IMG/VR virus record: IMGVR_UViG_3300023502_000002
DNA: 64,000 bases
Reading direction: 5' to 3' (one strand)
From: a virus
Shown here: in pieces, positions 9,330 through 18,243 of the stretch
Layout of the letters: every line of letters starts with the position of its first letter
Position numbering within the stretch: the stretch's first letter is position 1
The notes under the pieces: model-generated
What the model was told of the DNA's origin: nothing
Database searches by the model: none
Seen by the model: only the letters and a program-made list of their open reading frames with translations
Translations under genes and position numbers: made by a program

Positions 9330-9563
9330 CTACTTAAAATTACGCCATCCCTGTTTTATATCCCTAAAGAAATCCTTCAACGTATAACGATAACCGTCAG
9401 GATATCCTAGAAAATCAGAAAGGCATGAAACATACCCACAAGGCTTACGTCCACCCGACCATCGGTACGCCATTTCAGCAGGAACCATAAACACAAGAAG
9501 AACAAATACAATGTCAACGTATATGAGAAACATGACAAAACGAATAAAACATTTCATAATCAT
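9330..9563 (-). CDS. small membrane protein (77 aa from ATG 9563)
   Basis: Hydrophobic N-terminus FIRFVMFLIYVDIVFVLLVFMV. The ATG overlaps the upstream stop (ATGA). The track start 9617 would overlap by 58 nt. Confidence 0.45.
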   Translation of the reverse strand: MIMKCFIRFVMFLIYVDIVFVLLVFMVPAEMAYRWSGGRKPCGYVSCLSDFLGYPDGYRYTLKDFFRDIKQGWRNFK

Positions 9564-10156
9564 TCCTCCACATCCCCTAATAGAAGTTTCTTCGCATAAC
9601 GCAACGCAAACTCCCAATTGTAATAAAACGTACCTAGCAAATCAAAGAACAGGCTATACACGGCATTCTTGTAACCATCGGGAACGAAATACATGATATC
9701 ATCCATCATACGGATATCATCACTGAACCTAGCATTCTTTGTCGTATAACGCCACAAACCGCCAACGGCAAGTATCTTGGCGTGTTCATAAACATGATAG
9801 TCAATGGAATATACATCACAAACGTAATCATTAAACCAATCTTCATTGTCTAGTACACCACTAACAGGGCTTGCCGACAAAATCATATTAACAAACACAC
9901 CAAAATGACAATACTGCTCTATCTTACCCGAATCATTATCAAACTCAACCTTGAAAGCATCCTTGCCACTCTCATTAATACTGGAAACCATGTCACTTAC
10001 GTAAAGCGTCTTTAACCACTGGCTGAAATTATATCTTTTCAAACCAGTCCTGTTACGAGCTTCATTTATCGCACACTGGGCATCAGACACACATACATAC
10101 CAATCAGAAGTAACACGAATACTTCTATCAAATAAAACAATCTCTTTATTATCCAT
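9560..10156 (-). CDS. hypothetical protein (198 aa)
   Basis: Track start 10162 is TTG; first ATG is at 10156, downstream of a -7 box. Confidence 0.6.
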   Translation of the reverse strand: MDNKEIVLFDRSIRVTSDWYVCVSDAQCAINEARNRTGLKRYNFSQWLKTLYVSDMVSSINESGKDAFKVEFDNDSGKIEQYCHFGVFVNMILSASPVSGVLDNEDWFNDYVCDVYSIDYHVYEHAKILAVGGLWRYTTKNARFSDDIRMMDDIMYFVPDGYKNAVYSLFFDLLGTFYYNWEFALRYAKKLLLGDVEE

Positions 10157-10175
10157 ATACAATAAAATTTTTCAG

Positions 10176-10183
10176 CAAAAATA
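10176..10183 (-). promoter_or_regulatory. -7 box TAttTTTG
   Basis: Reverse complement of caaaaata; lies 19 nt upstream of the ATG at 10156. Confidence 0.45.
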
Positions 10184-10256
10184 CACATTAAAGTAATATG
10201 GTAAAAACAATAACGATTAAATAATGTTTAGAGAAAATAAAATAAGCCTATAAAGA

Positions 10257-11504
10257 TTATTTTATCTTTTCCAATATAACTATATATTCGTTGCACATCG
10301 TGCTTACCTTATTCCCACTTTCATTTGTTGGGCTTGCTTTAGAAGGCATTCTTTTGTTTGGTATTTCTCTTACTAAAGTATTTATATGTTTGAATCCATT
10401 TTTTTCAAACATTTCAGCAGTAAAGAAATCAAGATGTATTTGTATGCCTTTTACAGTTCTATTCCCTACTACATAGCAAACAATTCCTCCTGGCATTATT
10501 ACTTTGGCAACATTTGATATAGATTTAGAATAATCATTTAAGAAAGAAATGACGTCATAATATCTATTGATATCATAAGATTTTATTTTATCTAAGGCAT
10601 CTCTTATACAAATTGTTGTGAATGATTCTTCTGTTTGCTTTTTCCCACCCATTAAAATGCAGTCAAGGTTTTTAGCGTTTTCAAAGCCAAACCATTCATT
10701 TGCCCATCTTGAAAATTGGCCGTATGCAACGGTTGTTTTACTATCTCCATAAGGTGGAGAAGTTACTACCATATCAACTGTTTCAGGCTTTATAATTTCC
10801 TCTGGAATACATATACTACTGTTGAAATCATAAATCCCTACTTTACTATCTTTGTTTGCGTTATTGAATTGAATAAGCCCTTTAATATTTCTTACTGTTT
10901 TTTCTTCAAATAGCCTAAACACGTCTGGCTTAAATGTTTTTATCTTTTCTTCTGGCATTCTGAAACGTTTGAACTCTCCGTTTCTTGTAAAAGATACTTC
11001 TCTCACAACCTCAGATAAAACAGTGTTGAAAAAGTCTTTAAGTTCTTTAGGTATATGATTATTTATAATCTGTGATAAATACGATAATCTCATAAGACTA
11101 TCTTCTGAATACCAATAGCTATAATTTGAAATATTATCAAAGCATTTTTTTTCTACAAGTTCTTCTTTATATTCAGATAAGTAAGATTGTATAACACTAA
11201 AGTTGTATTGTATATCTTTCTCTTTATAATGTGTGGTCTTTACTTTGCTTATTAGTCTTGCTAACGGGTTAATATCTGTTCCTATTACATCTATCCCTTT
11301 AATTGATGCTTCTACCAGTGAGGTTCCACTACCCATATATGGATCAAGAATTAGTTTAGCACCTTCTTGGGGAATGTATTCTTCAATTAAAGTTCTTGCT
11401 ATTTGTGGAATCATCATTGCCGGATATGTGTGATAACAATGAGTGTATTCCTTTGTATTTGAGCCTTTGAAACTCCATCTGTTATCAATAGTTCTTTTAT
11501 ACAT
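10257..11504 (-). CDS. DNA methyltransferase (N4-cytosine or N6-adenine; SPPY type)
   Basis: AdoMet motif DPYMGSGTSLVEA and catalytic TSPPYGD. Confidence 0.75.
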   Translation of the reverse strand: MYKRTIDNRWSFKGSNTKEYTHCYHTYPAMMIPQIARTLIEEYIPQEGAKLILDPYMGSGTSLVEASIKGIDVIGTDINPLARLISKVKTTHYKEKDIQYNFSVIQSYLSEYKEELVEKKCFDNISNYSYWYSEDSLMRLSYLSQIINNHIPKELKDFFNTVLSEVVREVSFTRNGEFKRFRMPEEKIKTFKPDVFRLFEEKTVRNIKGLIQFNNANKDSKVGIYDFNSSICIPEEIIKPETVDMVVTSPPYGDSKTTVAYGQFSRWANEWFGFENAKNLDCILMGGKKQTEESFTTICIRDALDKIKSYDINRYYDVISFLNDYSKSISNVAKVIMPGGIVCYVVGNRTVKGIQIHLDFFTAEMFEKNGFKHINTLVREIPNKRMPSKASPTNESGNKVSTMCNEYIVILEKIK

Positions 11505-11528
11505 AAAATTACTTTATAATTGTGGGTA

Positions 11529-11536
11529 CAAATATA
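11529..11536 (-). promoter_or_regulatory. -7 box TAtaTTTG
   Basis: Reverse complement of caaatata; lies 24 nt upstream of the ATG at 11504. Confidence 0.45.
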
Positions 11537-11548
11537 ATAAATGCCAAT

Positions 11549-13015
11549 TTAAAACGGCAAATCCTCCTTCATTATATCATCAGCCTGTTGGAGAAGATAT
11601 TCGTCAGGATTATACTTCCGTCTTAGGACAACCTGAAACAGCCTGTTCCTATTTTCATCCCACGCGGAAGTGACGGAATAGCCTTCCTGGCGTATCATGT
11701 CAACCATCTTTCTCTTGCTGTAAGGTCTTACGCCACAGTCATTGCAGTATGCTATGTATTTCACATACAGGTCACGGTCACGGATAGCCGATTCCTCAAT
11801 ATCTCCCGAAGAATCATACCCCGAATCGTAAAGATACGACAGGACACTGTTGGAATCACGTCTGGCATTCTCCGTAACGGATTCTATCGTATAACTTCTC
11901 GTAAACTCACCCTTGTTCTTAACAAACCGTCTTGCACCCTCTATTATCCAGTTGATAATGGCTGCCGATTCCTTTGACAGCTTCAACGGAAGAGATCTGT
12001 CCTGTTCCGATTCCTTAAACACACGATAGAACGGGATAACAAGAGAGCGTCTGAAATGACCGTAAGTCTGGTCCGAAACAGAAGGCATCTTGTTAAGATT
12101 GGCCATGAAAGGCGGCATCATGTCGGCAAGGAAAGGCTCACCGAACGGAAGGCGTGCCATAGTAGGCTCACCGGATATGAACTTCTTATACTTTCCACCG
12201 CTCACATCCTTCCCACCCATCTCGGAAGCATAGTTGAGCAGCTTGCCGTTTATCATAGCTATATTGTACTCGCACGTAGACTTGTCACCCGACAGGTCAG
12301 CCATCTCCATATAAGAAACATTATCCTTCCCTAGCGCGTTGACAACAGCGTCAAAGAACACGGACTTACCGTTACTACCACAACCGAGAAGGTAACACAT
12401 CTTCTCCATCTTGATCTTCTTCCTGTCAACAAAAGCACACCCTACAAACTCCTGCAAGGCATCCTGGGTATCCTTCACAGGGATCACATCGTCCAGGAAC
12501 TTCTCCCACAACGGGCTGCGCGCCAACGGGTCATAATTGATATTGATACGTATGCACGATTCTATCATAGGAGAGAAATCGAACGTTTCCATCGTTTCCG
12601 TGTCAAGGACACAATTGTCAAACGTGATGAAGTTACGCTTGGGATTGAATATCTCATGCGTCACGTTCTTTACGATGGTACGGTAGAAACGCTCGCTCGT
12701 ATCGGTCATGTACAGTTCGCTAAGACCGTTTATGCGGCACAAATCCATACACAGGCGCATCAGATCCTCCTTCATCATGGGAACGAATATCTTACCGTCA
12801 AAAGCCATGATGGAACCGCTCCTGTGGCGTCTGAAATTGCATTCCCTGCACGCATCGGCTATATCCATCTCGACCATAGCGGATATGGAACGCTTCCACT
12901 CGCCTTCATCCCTGGCTTTACGGAAACCTCGACCGCCACCCTTGTCCGCCAGCTTTCCCATTACGGAATCAAGGATGTATTCATAAGAAGCCTTTGCAGA
13001 TTCAGCGACAGTCAT
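11549..13015 (-). CDS. phage/plasmid primase-helicase (P4 / D5-like SF3 NTPase)
   Basis: Walker A LLGCGSNGKSVF. Overall layout resembles the P4-family primase C-terminal region. The C-terminus ends in EDLPF. Confidence 0.7.
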   Translation of the reverse strand: MTVAESAKASYEYILDSVMGKLADKGGGRGFRKARDEGEWKRSISAMVEMDIADACRECNFRRHRSGSIMAFDGKIFVPMMKEDLMRLCMDLCRINGLSELYMTDTSERFYRTIVKNVTHEIFNPKRNFITFDNCVLDTETMETFDFSPMIESCIRININYDPLARSPLWEKFLDDVIPVKDTQDALQEFVGCAFVDRKKIKMEKMCYLLGCGSNGKSVFFDAVVNALGKDNVSYMEMADLSGDKSTCEYNIAMINGKLLNYASEMGGKDVSGGKYKKFISGEPTMARLPFGEPFLADMMPPFMANLNKMPSVSDQTYGHFRRSLVIPFYRVFKESEQDRSLPLKLSKESAAIINWIIEGARRFVKNKGEFTRSYTIESVTENARRDSNSVLSYLYDSGYDSSGDIEESAIRDRDLYVKYIAYCNDCGVRPYSKRKMVDMIRQEGYSVTSAWDENRNRLFQVVLRRKYNPDEYLLQQADDIMKEDLPF

Positions 13016-14039
13016 TTTCCCCTCCTTTCTCTACCGATCCTACCGAGTCCAACGATTTCTCCCGGTCCACAACCTTCCCGAACATCACAACGGGATACAG
13101 GTCATAATCGTCCGTTGATATGTCAGGGCGTGCGTCCATATCATCAAGCGAAGAATACACGTCCGCGATGTGCTCCAGCTTCCGGCACACGATGGAATCA
13201 CGTCTTATCCCATAATACTCTATAAGGTCAGCCATGTACTGTATGGTAATGTCCTTGAACCATGTGAACGCATCGTCACGTGTCTTTGCACCGTCACAGC
13301 AGGTATTGAACGTGTACCCGAAACGCCTCATCTTCACGAAATAGCTGTTCCGCCACAACGACACCGACTTGTCCATCTCGTTCCCTGCGTTACGTATCGC
13401 GGTGACGATGCTTCCCGGCATGAGCGCGCACCGTGAAACGCGAGCTGCCGAAGGCTTCCCGTTCGCCCCGGTCCCATCCACCATATCCACATCGGGCACG
13501 AACCTAAGGTCATCCACGCTCCTTCCGCCCACAACGGACGTGTCATGCCGCATGAGATAGTCGGCATCCACGATATGACCGTACTGCCTTACCTGGTCCT
13601 CGCACCAAGAAGCGAATCTCCTTAACGACCGTTTCCACTCGGAAGGAAGCACATACCCGTACCTTGCACATATCTCCGCTATATGCTTCCTCTCCTTCTC
13701 CCATTTTCTCTTCATCTTCCTCTCGTACTCCAGCACTTCACCCTCCACGCTGACACCAGCCACCTGTGCAGCCATAGACCTTGCAGTTAAAGGTACGGGC
13801 ACGCGCCTGATGAATGACGCTTCCGACACAAGAACCGTCCTAGTACCGTCCTTCAACGACTCGTCAAGTTTGAGGAAACACTGTCTGTCCGCAACGTTAA
13901 CGAGCGTAACCCACCCGAACAGCCGTGTCTGAACCCTCATTCCCTTGTACCAACGTTCCCTGTCGGGCATTGCATCGGACAGGCATACGACACGCCTTGA
14001 TTCGGGCAACCTAAGTTTAATCTCTATTTCTTCTTCCAT
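13002..14039 (-). CDS. hypothetical protein (345 aa), first gene of the leftward operon, GC-richer than its surroundings
   Basis: Track start 14051 is GTG; ATG at 14039 (MEEEIEIK...); no motif recognised. Confidence 0.6.
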   Translation of the reverse strand: MEEEIEIKLRLPESRRVVCLSDAMPDRERWYKGMRVQTRLFGWVTLVNVADRQCFLKLDESLKDGTRTVLVSEASFIRRVPVPLTARSMAAQVAGVSVEGEVLEYERKMKRKWEKERKHIAEICARYGYVLPSEWKRSLRRFASWCEDQVRQYGHIVDADYLMRHDTSVVGGRSVDDLRFVPDVDMVDGTGANGKPSAARVSRCALMPGSIVTAIRNAGNEMDKSVSLWRNSYFVKMRRFGYTFNTCCDGAKTRDDAFTWFKDITIQYMADLIEYYGIRRDSIVCRKLEHIADVYSSLDDMDARPDISTDDYDLYPVVMFGKVVDREKSLDSVGSVEKGGENDCR

Positions 14040-14070
14040 ATTTACACACACATTTATATGTTTTTACCTG

Positions 14071-14078
14071 CAAATATA
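14071..14078 (-). promoter_or_regulatory. -7 box TAtaTTTG for the leftward operon
   Basis: Reverse complement of caaatata, upstream of the 14039/14051 start. Confidence 0.5.
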
Positions 14079-14385
14079 GCGCAAAAAACAATACGAAAAC
14101 AAATAGTTAAATTAATTAACTACAAATGTTTACGTGATTAACAAATTCGTGTCAAAGAAGATAGTTTATCTTTCTTTACACAAGATTTTTTACTTTCACG
14201 TCCACAGTATGCTTTAAACAGGAAAAGTAAAAAATGTTGATTGTTGTTATTTTTTATTTTTGTAATAATTTTTCTAATTTTAGTTAAAATGATTTAACTA
14301 TAATTTTTTATTTACTTGCTATTTTATACGTTAAGAAATGTAAAATTGACTTAATTTAACATAAAATAAAAAATCTCAACACCGA

Positions 14386-14403
14386 TAGTTGCATATGCAA
14401 CTA
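14386..14403. promoter_or_regulatory. perfect 18-bp palindrome tagttgcatatgcaacta (operator-like)
   Basis: Self-complementary on direct reading. Confidence 0.6.
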
Positions 14404-14417
14404 ATTGATTCGGGAAA

Positions 14418-14474
14418 ATTCGTAAAAAACCTACGAAATTCGTTGTTTTTTCGTAGACTTCGTAGACTCTTCGT
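14418..14474. repeat. iteron-like cluster I of TTCGTA/TACGAA motifs
   Basis: attcgtaaaaaacctacgaaattcgt, then tandem ttcgtagac x2 (14450-14458 and 14459-14467) plus ttcgt. Confidence 0.7.
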
Positions 14475-14613
14475 TTTTCAACACTTGTCAAAAAACTCGC
14501 GAAAATTAGTGGTTAAATAGCTGAAAACAAGCTGTTTAGTCTTGTCAAAAAAAATTGAATCGTAACCCTATACGAAAAAATCCCCTATTAATTTACGTAT
14601 TAAATGTTAAAAG

Positions 14614-14721
14614 TAATATATATTTACAACATATACATACACGTACACCTTACATACTCTATCACAATACATATACATACACAATACATACACAACACAT
14701 ACACATATAGACACCAAAACT
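14614..14721. repeat. G-depleted CA/TA-rich low-complexity tract (ACATAC/ATACA motifs)
   Basis: About 108 nt with only 2 G on the plus strand. Confidence 0.8.
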
Positions 14722-14825
14722 GCATACGTAATTTAGTATAGATACATATCAAAACGACGAAATCAACGAAGAATACTGTAAACCAATAACTTATACTGCA
14801 AAAAAAGACATAAAAAATGCAACCA

Positions 14826-14866
14826 CACCTACGAAACACACCAAAAAACCTACGATCTTCGTAACT
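14826..14866. repeat. iteron-like cluster II
   Basis: cctacgaaac plus aaaaaacctacgatcttcgtaac. The 13-mer aaaaaacctacga is repeated at 14424-14436 and 14843-14855. Confidence 0.65.
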
Positions 14867-15158
14867 TTTTATGTAAAGATTTATCCGATTTTGTTGAAAA
14901 CTACCGAAAATACACCTCCAAAACGCAAAATCAGCCATCCGAGCAAAATTTGAGGGAAAAAAAATTTTCAGAAAAAAATTTATCGGGAGCGACACACCCG
15001 CAGCGAAGCCTCTATAAAGGGGGGTATAGCACTGATTTACAGGTAATTACACGCGTTTATCTACTACGTTTCTCAACGTTTGTAAATAAAAATAAATTCT
15101 TTTCTACGACAATCGAATTTCGAAATCTTTACAGTAAAAAATCTTTACAAATGACTTC

Positions 15159-15173
15159 TACGAAGATTTCGTA
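15159..15173. promoter_or_regulatory. perfect palindrome tacgaa-gat-ttcgta
   Basis: Same half-site as the iterons, arranged as an inverted repeat. Confidence 0.6.
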
Positions 15174-15336
15174 ATTCCCTCACGTTCAGACACTTACAAA
15201 CAAATTTAACACAAATTAACATTGAAAAATCTTGAAATTAAACATAATATTAAGCTAAAATAGGTCTTATATAGCCTGATACGGGCTTAATTTATAATAG
15301 ATGTTAAAGAAATATACAAGGTAAATAAGTTTGTTG

Positions 15337-15344
15337 TATGTTTG
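15337..15344 (+). promoter_or_regulatory. -7 box TAtgTTTG, candidate rightward early promoter
   Basis: Exact TAnnTTTG at the transition from AT-rich spacer to a GC-richer untranslated stretch. Confidence 0.4.
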
Positions 15345-15636
15345 CAGTGTCGGAAGGACAAAGCGATATATGACATATTGAAACAGCTTGCCACGGTGAG
15401 AGCGTGGTACAGATCCGCAAACAGGAAATAAGCGGAATATTAAATAGCGGTGCAGCTAGCCACGATGCAGAAGTACGGGTATCCTTGATAATGGAGATAG
15501 GAACTTAGTGCAATATGCGAATAGCTTTCCTAATACAATATAATGTATGTGCGTGTGTATCCTATACGTAAGTCTTAATGTCACGGTTGGTATATATAAG
15601 CCGTAAAAACATACATACGCGCATGCGGTTAAAAAC

Positions 15637-15810
15637 ATGATTAACGGCAACACTGCATTGCTGCATATCGGTAACTTTGATACGGGGAAACGTACCAATT
15701 TAAAGCGCGCGGTTAGCGAATGTGTATATACTGGTCGGTTGTATTATAATAAGGAATTGCAATCGGATAACGAAAAGTATATAGTCAACCTTATAGGGTG
15801 TTTAAAGTAG
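15637..15810 (+). CDS. hypothetical small protein (57 aa, below track cutoff)
   Basis: ATG-to-TAG ORF read manually; first ORF of the rightward block. Confidence 0.35.
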   Translation: MINGNTALLHIGNFDTGKRTNLKRAVSECVYTGRLYYNKELQSDNEKYIVNLIGCLK

Positions 15811-15816
15811 AACTAT

Positions 15817-15978
15817 ATGAAACACATATTGCAGCGTTTAACGAATACACTGAGTACCACATTAATTTTGACGATACAAGCAAGTATTACACAATCTGAT
15901 TTTGTTTTTAAAGGCTTCTATAATAACGGTATAGGGAATTGGTGTAATTACTTGCCAATATACGAAATAAACGGTTAG
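15817..15978 (+). CDS. hypothetical small protein (53 aa, below track cutoff)
   Basis: ATG-to-TAG ORF read manually, 6 nt after the previous ORF. Confidence 0.35.
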   Translation: MKHILQRLTNTLSTTLILTIQASITQSDFVFKGFYNNGIGNWCNYLPIYEING

Positions 15979-15985
15979 GGACGAA

Positions 15986-16252
15986 GTGGAACAGGATCTT
16001 AATGATACACTGTTTACATATGATAGCGTAACAGGGAACGCGTCAGGGTCTTATACGTTTAACACGTGGACGGCTGAGGAATACCTGTGTCACAATTGGG
16101 AACTGTTAGGGGAAGCGTTAACAGAGTTCGGGTGCGATATGATCTATTTAGAGAAAGGTGCAGAAGCGTGCGACGTTACAATACGCTGTTATCTGTTAGG
16201 GCAAGCAATTTCTGAAGTATTGGACGAAATAGAAACAGAAGAAGAAGAATAA
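15986..16252 (+). CDS. very acidic early protein (88 aa, GTG start)
   Basis: 21 Asp/Glu versus 2 Lys/Arg by count; ends in EEEE. Confidence 0.5.
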   Translation: MEQDLNDTLFTYDSVTGNASGSYTFNTWTAEEYLCHNWELLGEALTEFGCDMIYLEKGAEACDVTIRCYLLGQAISEVLDEIETEEEE

Positions 16253-16349
16253 AACGCGCATACGCAAGAAAGTCACTGTATCGAAAGACCTCTTGTAAAT
16301 TAATGGTTTTAAAAACGAATAACGAACAATTAAAAAAATACTTACAATT

Positions 16350-17243
16350 ATGAAAGCAAAGAATTTATCTTACAATGTGACAAAATATTACGTAGAAAAC
16401 GGAATAATCTACAAAATGAACGTGCGTATAAGTTTGGGTGACTGTTGCAAAAATGGTGTATGTGATTGGAGTATCACGGCCGACATTTACGAAAAACGTA
16501 GGAACGGGCGTTTCGTTTTGTGTGCTAGTGATTGTTGTCACGAAGAAATATTAAAGTGTTTTCCACAGTTTAAAACGTTTATTGATCTACATTTGTGCAA
16601 CCATTACGGGCAACCAATGTATCCCGTTGAAAATGGAGTATATCACCTTGTAAACAGCGATAAAAAAAAGGCTATAAACTACCTACGTATCACTGAAACA
16701 GAATACGATATACTACGTGATAGTGTGGAAGATAAGGAGTACTTTAAATACCTACTATACACCCTAGGAATTGTAGACCGTTGGAAGCAAGAAAGTTTGA
16801 AAGCTATAAAGCAATTGGAAGCATTGACGGGTAACACATGGGAAAACCCGTATAAACCCGAAAATGAACATTTTGCATTAAAATTGACGGACGAAGAACG
16901 TACACTAACTGAAAACAGAATCAAAGACGGATATTATACTAGTGAAGCCATACAGGCACGGGAAGACCAGAAAAAACGTGAAGAATACGAGAAGAAACGC
17001 AATGAAATAATTGCAGACTATGAAAAAGAAATACAAAAAGCGGAAAACAGGAAGCTAGTTAGGTTAGCCGTTCTTGACACCGGGATTCCTCTTAAAAACG
17101 TGATATACTACAATCATACCAATGAACTTGTATTTAATTGGAATGATTACGAAGAAAAAGTAACACAAGAACAATTTGACAAATTTGTAAATACAGTTGA
17201 CAAAAATAAACTTCCTAAAAATATAACCTTTAAATTAAAATAA
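16350..17243 (+). CDS. hypothetical protein (297 aa), Cys-rich N-terminal half
   Basis: ORF, ATG checked. Confidence 0.65.
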   Translation: MKAKNLSYNVTKYYVENGIIYKMNVRISLGDCCKNGVCDWSITADIYEKRRNGRFVLCASDCCHEEILKCFPQFKTFIDLHLCNHYGQPMYPVENGVYHLVNSDKKKAINYLRITETEYDILRDSVEDKEYFKYLLYTLGIVDRWKQESLKAIKQLEALTGNTWENPYKPENEHFALKLTDEERTLTENRIKDGYYTSEAIQAREDQKKREEYEKKRNEIIADYEKEIQKAENRKLVRLAVLDTGIPLKNVIYYNHTNELVFNWNDYEEKVTQEQFDKFVNTVDKNKLPKNITFKLK

Positions 17244-17245
17244 TA

Positions 17246-17392
17246 ATGAGAACGTTTTTTGCACAAGTGGAAACAAGGTATCGGGCTATTAAAAATTGCC
17301 CGTTTACCCCGGCACGTGTTGTCAAGGTTTTTGGCGGTTATATGTGTTTTGAAAGTGATAATGATTATAGAGTTTGGAAAAATCAAAAGTAA
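17246..17392 (+). CDS. hypothetical small protein (48 aa)
   Basis: ORF read manually, 2 nt after the previous stop. Confidence 0.3.
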   Translation: MRTFFAQVETRYRAIKNCPFTPARVVKVFGGYMCFESDNDYRVWKNQK

Positions 17393-17503
17393 ATAACTAT
17401 GATCGAAACATTAATACTATTAGGTTGCCTATACTTGTCTATACGGGTAACTGATTATATCGAAAAACAGAAACAAAACAATAACAATTAAAAACGTAAC
17501 ATT

Positions 17504-17812
17504 ATGGAAAGAATAAACTACGTACCCAATTTGCTTGCAATGTATATACGCAATACGCGGGAAATATACGATATTACGGCATGGTTGCAAGATACCCTAA
17601 TCAAAAAAATAAACAAGGGCGTGCAGCCACAGGTAGAACACCTTGCAAATTGTAGCACAATGAAAACCATAATCAGGGAAGCCGCCAAACTGTTATACAA
17701 GTATGACGGAATAACACCCACAAAACAGGAAAAACAGGAAGCGGCCCGGGAACATGCTAAATATATCCTTGATAGTGTGCAATACTTCATTCAAAACGCC
17801 AATAGAGGGTAA
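17504..17812 (+). CDS. hypothetical protein (102 aa)
   Basis: ORF, ATG checked. Confidence 0.55.
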   Translation: MERINYVPNLLAMYIRNTREIYDITAWLQDTLIKKINKGVQPQVEHLANCSTMKTIIREAAKLLYKYDGITPTKQEKQEAAREHAKYILDSVQYFIQNANRG

Positions 17813-17877
17813 AATAAAGCCCTATATTAAAAGATCTAAAACAATACCGATATATCACCCATAAAAACAAAAACATT

Positions 17878-18222
17878 ATGATACAGGTAACAGTAAAAAA
17901 CAGCAAAACAGGTAGCCAATATATTTGTAAATCGGCAAGAAGAACGGTAAAGAATATAACATATAATCATATAACTTATCATTTGATATGCAGACATAAA
18001 GATCACCCGTTTTTTAAACAGTTTTACCACGGTCCAAAAGGTATATATATAGATTCACCACGATACAAGGAAATAGAAGCCCTAGAAAAACCTATCTGGA
18101 ATACACCGATACACGAACTACTAGAGCTAACCATCACGGAAACACCCCTAGACGGACGTACCAGATACGCAAAACAATTACCCGTATATAATGTAGACGT
18201 ATTAGCGGAACTCACCTATTAA
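17878..18222 (+). CDS. hypothetical protein (114 aa)
   Basis: ORF, ATG checked. Confidence 0.55.
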   Translation: MIQVTVKNSKTGSQYICKSARRTVKNITYNHITYHLICRHKDHPFFKQFYHGPKGIYIDSPRYKEIEALEKPIWNTPIHELLELTITETPLDGRTRYAKQLPVYNVDVLAELTY

Positions 18223-18243
18223 TCAATCAAAAACAATATAATT

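Noticed and set aside
12656-13225. 189-aa plus-strand ORF and several others between 12.0 and 13.6 kb
   Set aside because: They are by-products of the locally higher GC content, antisense or off-frame to the primase-helicase and the 345-aa gene.
14624-14995. 123-aa minus-strand ORF in the control region
   Set aside because: It lies in the G-depleted low-complexity tract. The translation is repetitive Cys/Tyr/Phe/Val junk with no start context, so it is treated as non-coding.
15456-15698. 80-aa minus-strand ORF
   Set aside because: It spans the untranslated GC-richer stretch and overlaps the first rightward ORF. It runs against the local transcription logic.
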